DNA of 64,000 nucleotides. Origin: an uncultured delta proteobacterium. GTDB taxonomy: Bacteria; Myxococcota; Myxococcia; Myxococcales; Myxococcaceae. Below the pieces are notes generated by a model. That model did not search any database. It was not told the DNA's origin and worked only from the letters and a program-made list of their open reading frames with translations. Every line of letters starts with the position of its first letter. Position 1 is the first letter of the stretch. A program made the position numbers and the translations under genes. The stretch covers positions 640,001 through 704,000 of the forward strand of contig CAWCKH010000004.1 of the NCBI GenBank assembly GCA_963796055.1, in the 5' to 3' direction. This document shows, piece by piece, positions 1 to 10,518 of the stretch.

Positions 1-239
1 GCCCCGAGCGGGTTGGACTCGAAGGCGAAGCCGAATCTCAGGTGGGCCAGCCCGTCCGCCGCCCGGGTCAGCCCGCATCCCGGGCACGGCCAGCCGGTGT
101 GCTCCCGGAACGTGCAGTGCCAGAACGGGAGCCGGGCGACGGGCACGAAACGGGCCACCAACAGCCCCAGCGCCCCGAGCAGCCCCAGCGCGTGGAGGAG
201 CGTGAAGCGTCGCTCACGTGGCGTCCAGTGGAGCGTCAT
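1..239 (-). CDS. DUF2752-like membrane protein (partial, runs off window start)
   Basis: Translated by hand, absent from the ORF track: ATG at 239, MTLHWTPRERRFTLLHALGLLGALGLLVARF...CTFREHTGWPCPGCGLTRA...ESNPLG. CPGCGxTR motif after a TM segment; starts 8 nt after the upstream stop. Confidence 0.8.
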   Translation of the reverse strand, partial: MTLHWTPRERRFTLLHALGLLGALGLLVARFVPVARLPFWHCTFREHTGWPCPGCGLTRAADGLAHLRFGFAFESNPLG

Positions 240-247
240 CCGGTGTC

Positions 248-1138
248 CTAGAGCGACTGCGAGCCGCCTCCGGCCATGCTCCCCACCATCCCGGCGACGG
301 CGGCGATGACCGCCGAGGCGAGGGCTCCACAGCAGCAGACGAGGACCACGAAGGGCAGCAGCACGATGCCCGCCGCCTTGCCCATGCTCGTCTCCTGGAG
401 GCTGGAGACCCCGAAGATGGCGAGGACCAGGGTGTAGAGGCTCGCCAGGACGCCGAAGCAGGGGACGATGCCTAGCAGGTTCGGACCGCTGGCGTAGCAG
501 AGGGCGCGCACCGTCGCGCCGTACCCGTTCCGCGCCGCCCCGAAGAGCATCGCCACCAGATGCAGCACGCCCGCCCCGGCCAGGACGAACAGGGGATACA
601 GCAGCAACGAGACCAGCAGCGAGCCGACACCCGCCCCCCCGGAGAAGGCGCGCATCGCGGTCTCCATCTGCGGGTCGCCGCCGAAGTTGCTGGGGGGACG
701 GAACATCCCCAGCCCCACGAAGGGCAGCCCCACCGCCACGGTGATGCCGTAGATGATCCACGCGTAGTACAGCGCCTCGCTCCACGGCACGTCGGGGCGA
801 ACGGTGGGGAAGAACGCCTGCGGCGACAGCACGCTCCGCTTCCAGGTCTCGAAGAAGCCCTGGACCAGGCCAATCTCCCGCCGGCGCTCCCAGGGAGTCA
901 GCTCGCGGTGCCCGGGGATGGGTCCGCCTCCCGGGGGAGGTTCACCGGTGAACCGGCCTCCGCCGAAGCCTGCGCCGGCCCCACCGCCGCCCGCCGGAGG
1001 CTGTCCCCAGGTATCCGGGACGGGTGGCCGCGCATACGGCTCCGGCACGTCCACCTGCTGCCCGCAGTTCGGGCAGAACTGGATGCCGCTCCGGTCTGTG
1101 GTGAAGACGGTGGAACAGCGGGGGCAGCGGGCTTCCAT
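248..1138 (-). CDS. Zinc-ribbon plus Yip1-like membrane protein
   Basis: N-terminal CPRC...CPNC zinc ribbon, Gly/Pro linker, PWE motif, then about 5 hydrophobic segments; GGAGG RBS upstream. Confidence 0.8.
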   Translation of the reverse strand: MEARCPRCSTVFTTDRSGIQFCPNCGQQVDVPEPYARPPVPDTWGQPPAGGGGAGAGFGGGRFTGEPPPGGGPIPGHRELTPWERRREIGLVQGFFETWKRSVLSPQAFFPTVRPDVPWSEALYYAWIIYGITVAVGLPFVGLGMFRPPSNFGGDPQMETAMRAFSGGAGVGSLLVSLLLYPLFVLAGAGVLHLVAMLFGAARNGYGATVRALCYASGPNLLGIVPCFGVLASLYTLVLAIFGVSSLQETSMGKAAGIVLLPFVVLVCCCGALASAVIAAVAGMVGSMAGGGSQSL

Positions 1139-1201
1139 GAGTCCTCCCTCGCGTGGGCGCCGAGCCTAGACAGCCGCCCTTCCCCGTTGGAAGGTCAAAC
1201 C

Positions 1202-1741
1202 GTGGCGCGCGCGTACAGCATGCAGGCGGTGCAGCACGCGGCCGCCCGTGCCGTCGGGCTCGTCCGCGCATTCCTCCTCGCCGAGGTGGCGGGCTCGCAG
1301 GTGCACGACGTCCAGGAGGACCCGCGCTTCCAGCACCGGGGGGTGGATCTGCTCTGGGAGCGTCCCGGCTCCGACGTCCTCGGGGTCGAGGTGAAGGGCG
1401 ATCGGCAGGGCGGCCGGCGCGGCACCTACTTCCTCGAGCTGATCTCGAACGCGGAGAAGGACACCCCGGGGTGCTTCCTCTACAGCAGCGCGGACCTCCT
1501 GGCGTACGTGTTCCTGGACCGCCGGGAGCTGCATCTCTTGCCCCTCCCCGCGGTCCGCGCCTGGTTCCTGGCCCGCTCGGGCGAGTTCCCGCTCCGGCAG
1601 GCCCGGACGCGGATTGGTCCGGCGCAGTACACGACGGTGGGGGCAGCGGTGCCGGCCCGGAGGCTCCTCTCCGAGGTCCCAGGGGCGCGGCGGCTCGAGC
1701 TGGCCCCGGTTCGTCCCGTCGGCGGCAGGACGGCACCTTGA
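1202..1741 (+). CDS. Hypothetical protein with PD-(D/E)XK nuclease-like motif
   Basis: 3' part of ORF 560..1741 from GTG at 1202: DVQEDPRFQHRGVDLL...GVEVKGD...YFLELISN...TPGCFLYSSADLLAYVF. Confidence 0.65.
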   Translation: MARAYSMQAVQHAAARAVGLVRAFLLAEVAGSQVHDVQEDPRFQHRGVDLLWERPGSDVLGVEVKGDRQGGRRGTYFLELISNAEKDTPGCFLYSSADLLAYVFLDRRELHLLPLPAVRAWFLARSGEFPLRQARTRIGPAQYTTVGAAVPARRLLSEVPGARRLELAPVRPVGGRTAP

Positions 1742-1809
1742 GGCCCCGGACTACTCGCTGGATGCATGGTAACAATCGGCCCGGGGGAGAGGCCCAGGGA
1801 GTGTCCTCG

Positions 1810-2664
1810 ATGATGCACCGCGCGCTGCTCGCCCTGCCCTTCCTCCTCGCCGGCTGCTCCTCCGAGCTCGATTTGGTTCCGGACGGGGGCTTCCCTCCGG
1901 CCTGCTTCGCGCCCTCCGACGGGGGCGTGTTCGCCAGAGGGCTGTCCGCACCGGTCCCCGGGTGTGCCGCGCCACCAGGCACCGTCGGGGTCCTCGACCT
2001 CGCCACGCTGGGGTGGGCGCCGGTGGGCGGGCTGCTGGTCGTCCCGGCCTCCGATCCCGGGACGGCGCTTCCGGTGGTGTTCGTGTTTCACGGCGCGGGG
2101 GGAAGCGGGGCCGGGGTCCGCGCTCGGTTCGCGCTGGAGGGTCCCAGCGACGGCGGCGCCATCCTCGTCTACCCCAACGCAGTCGAGGGAACCTGGGACA
2201 TCACCCGCTTCTCGCCGGACGGGCGGCAGGTGGACCGGCTCATCCAGCTGCTCTCGGAGCGCTACTGCATCGACCCGGACCGCGTGTACCTCACCGGGTT
2301 CAGCGCGGGCGCGGTCTTCACCCTGTACCTGGGGTGCAACGTGCCCGGCGCGTTCCGCGGCATGGCCGCGGTGGCGGGGAGCGACTCGAGATTTGACACC
2401 CGCTGCTGCCAGGGACCGATCTCGGCCATCTTCATCCACGGCACTCAGGACAGCGACATTCCGCTCATCGAGGGACGGCGCGCGCGGGGGCACACCCTGG
2501 CCCGGGACCAGTGCAGCGGGAGCACCGCACCGGACGGCCCGCACTGCGTCGGCCACGCCTGCCCGGCGCCCTGGGCCGTCGACGCGTGCGAGTGGGACGG
2601 TGACCATGACATCCCGGACTGGGCCGGGGCGGAGATCTCCCGTTTCTTCTCGCTGTCCCCCTGA
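1810..2664 (+). CDS. Lipoprotein alpha/beta hydrolase (PHB depolymerase/feruloyl esterase-like)
   Basis: Lipobox LLAGC; VFVFHGAGG; IDPDRVYLTGFSAG nucleophile elbow; HGTQD Asp; C-terminal GDHD His. Confidence 0.8.
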   Translation: MMHRALLALPFLLAGCSSELDLVPDGGFPPACFAPSDGGVFARGLSAPVPGCAAPPGTVGVLDLATLGWAPVGGLLVVPASDPGTALPVVFVFHGAGGSGAGVRARFALEGPSDGGAILVYPNAVEGTWDITRFSPDGRQVDRLIQLLSERYCIDPDRVYLTGFSAGAVFTLYLGCNVPGAFRGMAAVAGSDSRFDTRCCQGPISAIFIHGTQDSDIPLIEGRRARGHTLARDQCSGSTAPDGPHCVGHACPAPWAVDACEWDGDHDIPDWAGAEISRFFSLSP

Positions 2665-2678
2665 CCGGCGCCGCCGGC

Positions 2679-4229
2679 TCAGGCGACGGGTGCCGCCACT
2701 GGCCGCCCGTCCACCCGCGGCCAGTCGGTGGCCGAGCGCCGCCCGTCTGGCACCCGGGCCCGAAGCGAGGGGATGCAGCCGCGCTGGGCGAAGGCGCGCT
2801 TCCAGGCCGAGAAGCTGCCCCCGGCGAGCCAGGCATCCATTGCCGCGAGCCCCGCCTCGGGACCGCACTGGGCGAGCATGTACTCCACCCAGGCCCACCG
2901 CGCGGAGGTGGGCCGCACCTCGGCCTTCCCCTTCAGCCCTCGGCGCAGCCGGTCCAGCCGTCCGTCAATCTCCCGGATTCCCGCGAACGGCGCTCCATCG
3001 AGGGGCGTGTGCCGCTTGGAGACAAAGGGCGACACTCCGAGCGCCACCGGGAGATACCCTGCCAGCTCACGGGTGAACCCCACCAGCTCGTCCACGTCGC
3101 CGTCCGTCTCCAGCGGCAGGCCCACCATCGAGTACACCTTGAGCCGCTCCATCCCGGCGGAGGCGGCGAGGCGAGCCGCGCGCACCAGCTGCTCCTCGGA
3201 GTGCTTCCGGTCGACCAGGTCCCGCATCCGCTGGCTCGCGCCGTCCGAGGCCACGGTGAGCACCCGGGCCCCACCGCGGCGGAGCGTGTCCACCAGCTCC
3301 TGGGTGAGCCGGTCCGCCCGGAGCGAGGAGACTCCCACCTCACGGCCCGAATCGACGAGGGTCCGGAGCAGCTCGACGATGCGCGGGTGGTCGGTCACCG
3401 CCGCGCCGACCAGGCCCACCCGGCGGGCGACCTCCGGGACGAGCTCCAGCACCCGCTCGGGGGGCACGGTGCGCATGCCGCCGTTCGTCGTCCGGCGCAT
3501 GACGCAGTAGTGACAACCCCGGCTGCAGCCGCGCTCCGGCTCGACCAGGAACATCGAGGAGAGCTCGGTGTGGGGGGTGAGAATCTGCGACCGCGCCGGG
3601 AGCCGGGCGTCGTCTGCCCGGGTCACCTGGAGCGACACCCCGCCCCGGCCGGGCACCCGGAACCCCGGAGTCCGCGCCAGGCGGTCGAGGAGCGCCTCCC
3701 GGCCGGGTTCTGCGGCCAGGGCGTCCAACAGCTGGTGGACGAGCCCATCCGCCTCGCCCTGCACCAGCACGTCCACGAAGGGTTCCAGCGGCTCGGGGTT
3801 GGAGAAGGTCAGGGGCCCTCCGGCGACGACCAGCGGCCAGACGGTTCCTCTCTCCGAGGCCAGCACGGGGAGCCCGGACAGGGCTAGGACGTCCAGGAGC
3901 CCAGGCAGCTCGAGCTCGTAGGCCACCGAGAAGGCGAGCACGGGGAACTCCCCCACCGGGGTGGCCGACTCGAGGGTGAACAGGGGGGTCCGGCTCTCGC
4001 GGAAGGCCTCCACCTCGTCCGGCAGGAACACCCGCTCTGCGGTTGCCCCGGGGTGGGCGTGAATCTCCCGGTAGATGGTCTGGAACCCGAGCGAGCTCAT
4101 CCCCACGTGGTAGGGGCTCGGGTAGCAGAGGGCCACGCGCAGGGGCGCGACCTTGTGCAGGGTCCCCTGCTCGTCGGCGAGCAAGGCCTGGCGGCGCGCG
4201 AGGAGGTCCCGGGAGGAGGTCACAGACAC
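2679..4229 (-). CDS. Radical SAM protein with B12-binding-like N-terminal domain
   Basis: YPSPYHVGMSSLGFQTIY; RGCSRGCHYC (CxxxCxxC); SSLRAD; MVGLPLETDGD. Start codon estimated. Confidence 0.85.
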   Translation of the reverse strand: MSVTSSRDLLARRQALLADEQGTLHKVAPLRVALCYPSPYHVGMSSLGFQTIYREIHAHPGATAERVFLPDEVEAFRESRTPLFTLESATPVGEFPVLAFSVAYELELPGLLDVLALSGLPVLASERGTVWPLVVAGGPLTFSNPEPLEPFVDVLVQGEADGLVHQLLDALAAEPGREALLDRLARTPGFRVPGRGGVSLQVTRADDARLPARSQILTPHTELSSMFLVEPERGCSRGCHYCVMRRTTNGGMRTVPPERVLELVPEVARRVGLVGAAVTDHPRIVELLRTLVDSGREVGVSSLRADRLTQELVDTLRRGGARVLTVASDGASQRMRDLVDRKHSEEQLVRAARLAASAGMERLKVYSMVGLPLETDGDVDELVGFTRELAGYLPVALGVSPFVSKRHTPLDGAPFAGIREIDGRLDRLRRGLKGKAEVRPTSARWAWVEYMLAQCGPEAGLAAMDAWLAGGSFSAWKRAFAQRGCIPSLRARVPDGRRSATDWPRVDGRPVAAPVA

Positions 4230-4339
4230 AGGAGGGCTAACGCGCCCCCGCCGGCGCGTCCAGGGCCCCTGGAAACGACGAACCCCGGTGACCCGCGAAA
4301 GGGCCACCGGGGCTCGAAGCGAATCCCTCTCGCTTCAGC

Positions 4340-5086
4340 TCACGGAGCGCTCGGATCCCAGCCGCCAAGGCTGGGGTACGGGTCGGTGAAGAAGCAGATG
4401 CCGGTGTCCGGGTCCCCGGTGTAGTCGGTGGCCCAGGCATCCTTCACGCAGTGCTGCTTGTAGAGCGAGTTGATGCCGGAGGCGAAGGGCTGCGCGAAGG
4501 GGTCGCAGTTCGGACCGTCGGCGTCCGCCTGCGTCTGCGCGCACGGCACGTAGGGGTTGAGCGCCTGCGCGGAGTAGCTCCGGGTGCAGCCTGCGTTGGT
4601 GTAGGTGACGTCCGCGGTGAACTCCGTGCCCAGGTAGAGCGCGGTGTTCAACCACGTCATCTTGGTAAAGGCGATGCTCTTGGTGGGGGTGATCTGCATC
4701 GTGCTCATGTCGGAGACGGTGCAATTCTGGTCCGCCTCCGGGAACGCCTGATCGAAGTGGCCTTTCCCGTAGAGCGTCGCGTTGGAGTCGGGCGGGTTCG
4801 GGAGGAAGGCCGTCGACTGGCGGGAGAACGCGACGATCAGACGGTCCTCGTACGGACTGAACGTCCAGCGGTCGGCGAAGATGTCCGGGGTGCTGGTCTC
4901 GCATCCCGGGGTCACCGCCGAGGTGGCCGTGAACTGGATGATGTACGGTCCGTTGGCCGAGCTCTGGAGCTGACAGTCGGCCGCCTGCATGGATCCACAC
5001 CCCGCCGTGGCGAGCGCCACGGCGGCGAAGAGGCCCAGGAAGAGGAAGCGGCTCATGGTGCTTGGATTCCTGTGGAGGGCGTTCAT
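4340..5086 (-). CDS. mlpA: Cys-rich lipoprotein, MlpA-like
   Basis: Lipobox ATAGC after a hydrophobic stretch (alternative start 5056). ATG overlaps the stop of the Oar-like gene (TAATG), the arrangement known for oar-mlpA in Myxococcus xanthus. Confidence 0.65.
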   Translation of the reverse strand: MNALHRNPSTMSRFLFLGLFAAVALATAGCGSMQAADCQLQSSANGPYIIQFTATSAVTPGCETSTPDIFADRWTFSPYEDRLIVAFSRQSTAFLPNPPDSNATLYGKGHFDQAFPEADQNCTVSDMSTMQITPTKSIAFTKMTWLNTALYLGTEFTADVTYTNAGCTRSYSAQALNPYVPCAQTQADADGPNCDPFAQPFASGINSLYKQHCVKDAWATDYTGDPDTGICFFTDPYPSLGGWDPSAP

Positions 5087-8000
5087 TAGAAGGTCACCCG
5101 CAGGCTGAACCGGAACTGGCGGACCGGCTGGTAGGCGTTCGGCTGACCCCAGGTGGGGTTGGTCTGCGCGACGATGGGGTTCTGGTTGGCGTCAGGGAGG
5201 ACCACGAGGCCCCTGTTGCCGGACGGATACACGTACGGCCTGGGGAGGTTGCCGTTGCCCTGAGTGCAGTTCGCGGGATCGGTCTCTCCATCCGCGCACG
5301 TCCCGCCGTACTGCTGCGGGATGTTGCCCGGGGTGGCCCCGATGATCGGACCCACGGAGTCCTGCGTGTACCGCTGGTCGCTCTGGATGGGCCGCTGCGA
5401 GTTGAAGATGTTGAAGGCTTCGACCGAGGCGGTGACGACGAGGTCCTTGGTGAACCGGTAGTTGAAGTTCACCTTCCCGTCGAGGCTGGTCACCCAGGGG
5501 AGGCGTCCGGCGCTGCCACGCACCAGGAGGTAGGCCAGGCCGTCGCCGTAGATCGGGTGCGCGCCGAGCGCGTCCACCGGGGTGCCGGAGTTGGCGTTGA
5601 ACGAGCCACCGACGCTGATGCTGAAGGCCGGGGTGATGATGAACTCCTTCGCCAGGTAGATCTTGATGAAGTGGGTGATGTCGGCGCTGAGCACGCCGTC
5701 ACCGTTCAGGAGCAGGGTCTTCAGGTCGAAGTTGGCGGTGATGTTCGGATCGAGCTGCTGCTGGTAGTTCGGCGACCAGAGGCCGTCGTAGTTACCGGTC
5801 AGCCGCGACCAGGTGTAGCTGACCTGCGCGAGCCAGAGGTCGGAGAAGGTCTTGTTGAAGGTGACCGTCACCGCGTCGTAGACGCGCTTCGCCTTGGGGA
5901 ACGAGTCGGCAATGCCCTCACCGGGGTTGCCGATGAAGTAGGTCTGGCCGTCGGTGTTGGACATGTCCTCGAGGGCCCGGCGCAGATTCCGGTGCGTGTA
6001 GCTCAATCCGACGCGGGCGTTGGGGATGACCTCGTACTCGGCGCCGGCCACGACCTCCTCGTTGGAGGGGCTCTTCACGTTCGGGTCGATCGCGCTCGGG
6101 TACGGGGCCCCGGTCGTGGTCCAGAGCTGATTGGGTCCGGCATAGCGTACGAAGGTGGCGGCATCGCATCCCTGCCGCCGGTCGACCAGCGGGTTACAGT
6201 TGTGGTTTCCGACGAGCTGGACCTCGGCGCTGAGGGCGCGGTTCGCCAGGTCGAGGGGAATGTTCTCGAAGTAGATCCCGTAGTTGGCGTAGATCTTCGC
6301 GCGGCCCTGCTGCGTCGGATCCCACACCGCACCTATGCGGGGGCTCCACTGGTCGTTGAGGGTCAGGCGGTTCAGACCGTCGATTCCCTGCATGGCCAGT
6401 GCGTCGTAGCGAAGGCCGAGGTTGACGGTGACCTTGTCCATCACGCTCCAGCTGTCCTGGACGAACCCACCGGCGATCTGCGACTTGACCTTCTTGTGGG
6501 TGATCGGCTCGTCGGTGATGGTGTCGACGTCACTGATTCTCCCGTACCGGCGGTAGTCGAAGACGTAGCCGCCACCGATGGCGTTGCCTGGACCGAGGAG
6601 CGCCAGCTGGGCGGCGGTCGGGGTGTTGGTCCGGTACGCTGATCCGCCCGTGTACCCCGACTGGATGTCGTAGTCGGCCGCCTGGTAGTCGAACCCGGCC
6701 TTCAGCACGTGGTGGCCGAGAGCGCTGACCAGGTAGGTCAACACGCCACGCACCTGGTAGCTGTTGAGGTCGTTCTGGTTGATGAACCCAGGGCCGCCAT
6801 AGAAGTAGTTGGTGACGCCGCACACCGAGTCGGGCTGGCCGGTGCAGGCCGCCACCACGCTCGCCGGCAGGCTCTGATCGAAAAGGAGGATGTTCCGCGC
6901 GGCCGCGCGGCTACGCACGCTCGACGTTCCGGCCAGGGTCGCCGCATTGTCGACGTCGAAGCCGGAGCCATCCGGAGGGGTGATGCCGTCCTTCTGGTGG
7001 TGCCAGCCGCCCTTGATGTCGAGGAGCAGCTTCTTGTCCAGGAAGGAGCCGTTGTACTCGCCGGAGACGTCCATCGAGTCGATCTGCACCGCAGCGCCGA
7101 AGCTGTTGAACGTGCCGTTGGCGTAGGTGGGCGCGGTCACCACGCCGCGCGACGTCGACAGGGCGCGGAAGGGGAAGGAGCCGCCGCCGCCGCCGCTGGT
7201 GGGCGTCCCGGTCACGGACACGCTGAGGCGGTGGTCCGGGTTCACCTGGAAGGTGAGCTTTCCGATGTAGTTCCAGGAGTGCTCGTCGCCGAAGCGCCGC
7301 TGCGTCGAGTCCGGGATGTCGGTGTAGGTGGTTCCGTCGAAGGTGCGGAAGCTCCGGGTGTAGGAGTACCGGGTCGCGGAGTACTGGGCACCGACGAAGA
7401 ACCAGAGGCGGTCCTTGATGATGTAGCCGCCGAGGGTCGCGCCGATGTCCCCGATGTTGGAGAGCTCCCGGTTCGAAGCGATGGTCAGGTTCTGCACCGG
7501 CACTGGGGTGGCCGGACCGGTGAGGCCGCCCGGCGACCAGGTTCCGAACACCGACCCGTGGAACTCGTTACCACCGGTCTTGGTGACTGCGCTGATCGCG
7601 CCACCGGTCGACCGACCGTACTCCGGCATGTAGCCGCCGGTGATGACGTTGACCTCGTCGATGAACTCCGAGGTCAGCGGGCTTCCGTTCACGCCGTAGG
7701 CGGGGTTGTTCGTGGACAGGCCGTCGACCAGGTACAGCTGCTCGGGAGACTGAGCGCCGTTGATCGCCACGCCGTACACGTCTGCGGTCGCCTGGGGCGC
7801 GGCGAGGGCGAGGGAGTCGAACGACCGGTTCGCACCCGCCAGGCCACCGGGCCGGGCCACGGCGATGTTGCGGATGAAGTCCTGGTTGATGTTGGCGCCG
7901 GTGGTGGAAGACCCGACGTCGACCACCGGGGGAGAGCCGACGACCGAGATCTCGGTCGCACCGGCGGTCTCAGGCAGCAGCTCCACATTCAGACGGAGCG

Positions 8001-8325
8001 TGCGGTCCGGGGACACGTCGATGCCCGTCCGGCTGAACGGGCGATAGGTCTCCTTCTCGAAGCGCAGGGTGTAAGTTCCCGGCGGCAGCTGAGGGATGCG
8101 GTAGAGACCGGTCGAGTCCGTGACGACGACTTGTTCGCCCTGCAGGCCAGGAGACGTTGCCGTGACCACCACGTCTGCGACGGGAGCCTTGGTGGCCGCG
8201 TCGACGACGTTACCCGTCAGCACCGAGGCGCCGATCTGGGCCCATGCTCCTGATCCTGCGAGCAGGGCGAGGCAGATCAGCGTCGCGCGGACATTCCTCG
8301 AGACGACTTTCTGTCTATGACTCAC
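5086..8325 (-). CDS. oar: Oar-type TonB-dependent transporter
   Basis: GGAGGGG RBS then GTG at 8325; signal peptide ending AWA-Q; carboxypeptidase-regulatory-like domain (DVVVTATSPGLQGEQVVVTD..YRIPQLPPG); plug motif ITGGYMPEYGRSTGG..TKTGGNEFHG; C-terminal RFSLRVTF. Confidence 0.88.
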   Translation of the reverse strand: MSHRQKVVSRNVRATLICLALLAGSGAWAQIGASVLTGNVVDAATKAPVADVVVTATSPGLQGEQVVVTDSTGLYRIPQLPPGTYTLRFEKETYRPFSRTGIDVSPDRTLRLNVELLPETAGATEISVVGSPPVVDVGSSTTGANINQDFIRNIAVARPGGLAGANRSFDSLALAAPQATADVYGVAINGAQSPEQLYLVDGLSTNNPAYGVNGSPLTSEFIDEVNVITGGYMPEYGRSTGGAISAVTKTGGNEFHGSVFGTWSPGGLTGPATPVPVQNLTIASNRELSNIGDIGATLGGYIIKDRLWFFVGAQYSATRYSYTRSFRTFDGTTYTDIPDSTQRRFGDEHSWNYIGKLTFQVNPDHRLSVSVTGTPTSGGGGGSFPFRALSTSRGVVTAPTYANGTFNSFGAAVQIDSMDVSGEYNGSFLDKKLLLDIKGGWHHQKDGITPPDGSGFDVDNAATLAGTSSVRSRAAARNILLFDQSLPASVVAACTGQPDSVCGVTNYFYGGPGFINQNDLNSYQVRGVLTYLVSALGHHVLKAGFDYQAADYDIQSGYTGGSAYRTNTPTAAQLALLGPGNAIGGGYVFDYRRYGRISDVDTITDEPITHKKVKSQIAGGFVQDSWSVMDKVTVNLGLRYDALAMQGIDGLNRLTLNDQWSPRIGAVWDPTQQGRAKIYANYGIYFENIPLDLANRALSAEVQLVGNHNCNPLVDRRQGCDAATFVRYAGPNQLWTTTGAPYPSAIDPNVKSPSNEEVVAGAEYEVIPNARVGLSYTHRNLRRALEDMSNTDGQTYFIGNPGEGIADSFPKAKRVYDAVTVTFNKTFSDLWLAQVSYTWSRLTGNYDGLWSPNYQQQLDPNITANFDLKTLLLNGDGVLSADITHFIKIYLAKEFIITPAFSISVGGSFNANSGTPVDALGAHPIYGDGLAYLLVRGSAGRLPWVTSLDGKVNFNYRFTKDLVVTASVEAFNIFNSQRPIQSDQRYTQDSVGPIIGATPGNIPQQYGGTCADGETDPANCTQGNGNLPRPYVYPSGNRGLVVLPDANQNPIVAQTNPTWGQPNAYQPVRQFRFSLRVTF

Positions 8326-8613
8326 CGAGACCCCTCCAATGTGGCCGGAAAGCGGGAAAGCAGCCGCGCATGCTCCCCGGGCATACTCCGACCTGTCAAT
8401 AGAAGTTTGCATCATCTCGGTAGACACGACCCCCCGGTACGGATGGCCCCTTGTGCCCCCCGGCAGTGCCCGGCTGTGGGAATTCCACCGGGGATCGGCT
8501 TGTACAACTCCCCCGTTTTGATGTAGGCGCGCCCATTCCGGCTTCAGGGGAGACCTCAGGTCCGTGCCGCACCCGCTGGCGTTCAAAGGGCGGCGACAGG
8601 AGACAACAGACGT

Positions 8614-9324
8614 ATGTTCGATTCAGTGCTGGGCAAGGGTGTCACGCCCAAGTCCCGCTTCGGATCAGGCGCGGTGGTTTCGGTCCTGCTCCACGTGGGG
8701 CTCCTGGGCTTCGCCCTGTGGTTCTCGACCCGGCCTCCCCCCAAGGAGGACAAGGACGTCGCGGTGGTGCTGAAGGTGGCCCCGCCGCCGCCCCCGCCAC
8801 CCCCTCCGCCTGCGTCGAGCACCCCGAAGAAGACCCACGTCGAGAAGAAGAAGATCCCCAAGGACAAGATCATCCAGCCCAAGGAAATCCCCCAGGAGAA
8901 GCCCAAGGAGGCCGACCCCAACGACGAGCCCGAGGGCGTCGAGGGTGGGGTCGCGGGTGGCGTGGTGGGTGGCGTCGTCGGCGGGGTGGTGGGTGGCGTG
9001 GTCGGTGGCCAGCTGGGCAGCACCACCCTCTCCTTCGGCGAGGGCATGACCCGGCCCGAGCTCCAGTCGAGCCCCAACGGGAAGAAGGCCCCGGACTACA
9101 CCCGCGAGGCCCGCGAGGCGCGGGTGAGCGGCCTGATGATCGTCAAGTGCGTCATCACCAGCGAGGGGCGGGTGCAGAACTGCCAGATCATCAAGCCCAT
9201 CCCCCACATGGAGCAGGCAGTGCTTTCCTGGCTTCAGGCGTCGCGCTATTCGCCCGTCACATTCCAGGGGAAGCCGCAGCAGGTCAGCTACGTCTTCAAC
9301 TTCAAGCTCACCATGGCCGAGTAG
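8614..9324 (+). CDS. tonB: Energy transducer TonB
   Basis: TM segment SVLLHVG, poly-Pro and Lys-rich linker, GGVV repeats, C-terminal domain PDYTREAREARVSG..VKCVITSEGRV; AGGAG RBS. Confidence 0.9.
   Translation: MFDSVLGKGVTPKSRFGSGAVVSVLLHVGLLGFALWFSTRPPPKEDKDVAVVLKVAPPPPPPPPPPASSTPKKTHVEKKKIPKDKIIQPKEIPQEKPKEADPNDEPEGVEGGVAGGVVGGVVGGVVGGVVGGQLGSTTLSFGEGMTRPELQSSPNGKKAPDYTREAREARVSGLMIVKCVITSEGRVQNCQIIKPIPHMEQAVLSWLQASRYSPVTFQGKPQQVSYVFNFKLTMAE
8935..9009 (+). repeat. Intragenic 12-bp tandem repeat encoding (GGVV)n in TonB
   Basis: Encodes GVEGGVAGGVVGGVVGGVVGGVVGG; degenerate at the DNA level. Confidence 0.8.
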
Positions 9325-9384
9325 CGGTCTCGGTCCGACAGGAACCCTTTCAACGGCGCATCACGGAGGCGCAGTCCAACAACC

Positions 9385-10083
9385 ATGCAATTCACTCTCA
9401 CTGACCTTTGGCACCACATGGGCCTGTTCGCGCGACTGATCGTCGCCGTGCTGGGCGTCATGTCCGTCGCGTCGCTCGTGGTGATGGCCGAGCGGCTCAT
9501 CGTCTTCAACAAGTCGCGCAGCGAGTCGCGCAACTTCGCCGAGAAGATGGCCAACACCCTCTCCAAGAACGACCTCATGACCGTGGCCGGGACCAAGGTC
9601 GGAGACAAGGTGGGCCACCTGGGCCGGGTGATCGGCGCCGGCCTGAACGCGCTCCGGCTGAGCACCGACAAGGACAAGGACCTGCAGGTGGAATCGGTGG
9701 CCCGCGCGCTCGAGCGGCAGGCCCAGCGCGAGGTCCAGAGCCTCAAGCGCGGCCTCGGACTGCTGGCCACCGTCGGCTCCACCGCCCCCTTCGTCGGTCT
9801 TCTGGGAACGGTGATGGGAATCGTGAACGCCTTCCAGTCCATGGCGCTCACCGGGTCGGGCGGTCTGGGCACCGTGTCCGCCGGTATCGCCGAGGCGCTG
9901 ATCACCACCGCCTTCGGTCTGCTGGTCGCGATCCCCGCGGTGATGGCCTACAACTACCTGCAGGGCTGGGTGGACGCCCGCGCGGTGGACATCAGCGAGT
10001 CGTCCAACGAGTTCCTGGACCTGGTCGCCAAGCAGGCGGGAACCTCCACCTCCGCCGCCGCCGCAGCAGCTTCGGGTCGGTAG
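9385..10083 (+). CDS. exbB: MotA/TolQ/ExbB proton channel protein
   Basis: LATVGSTAPFVGLLGTVMGI and GIAEALITTAFGLLVAIPA. Confidence 0.93.
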   Translation: MQFTLTDLWHHMGLFARLIVAVLGVMSVASLVVMAERLIVFNKSRSESRNFAEKMANTLSKNDLMTVAGTKVGDKVGHLGRVIGAGLNALRLSTDKDKDLQVESVARALERQAQREVQSLKRGLGLLATVGSTAPFVGLLGTVMGIVNAFQSMALTGSGGLGTVSAGIAEALITTAFGLLVAIPAVMAYNYLQGWVDARAVDISESSNEFLDLVAKQAGTSTSAAAAAASGR

Positions 10084-10107
10084 CCGAGCGGTGGGAGAGC
10101 TTTCGTC

Positions 10108-10518
<411 letters not shown>

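Noticed and set aside
8326..8586. 87-aa N-terminal extension of the Oar ORF, and similar extensions on comM, plsC, rsmB and others
   Set aside because: RBS position, signal peptides and family N-termini support the downstream starts.
8326..8613. Cobalamin riboswitch or sigma70 promoter upstream of the TonB-dependent transporter
   Set aside because: Only scattered riboswitch-like words, not in the right order. A minus-strand TTGACA at 8394-8399 has no credible -10 box at 17 nt.
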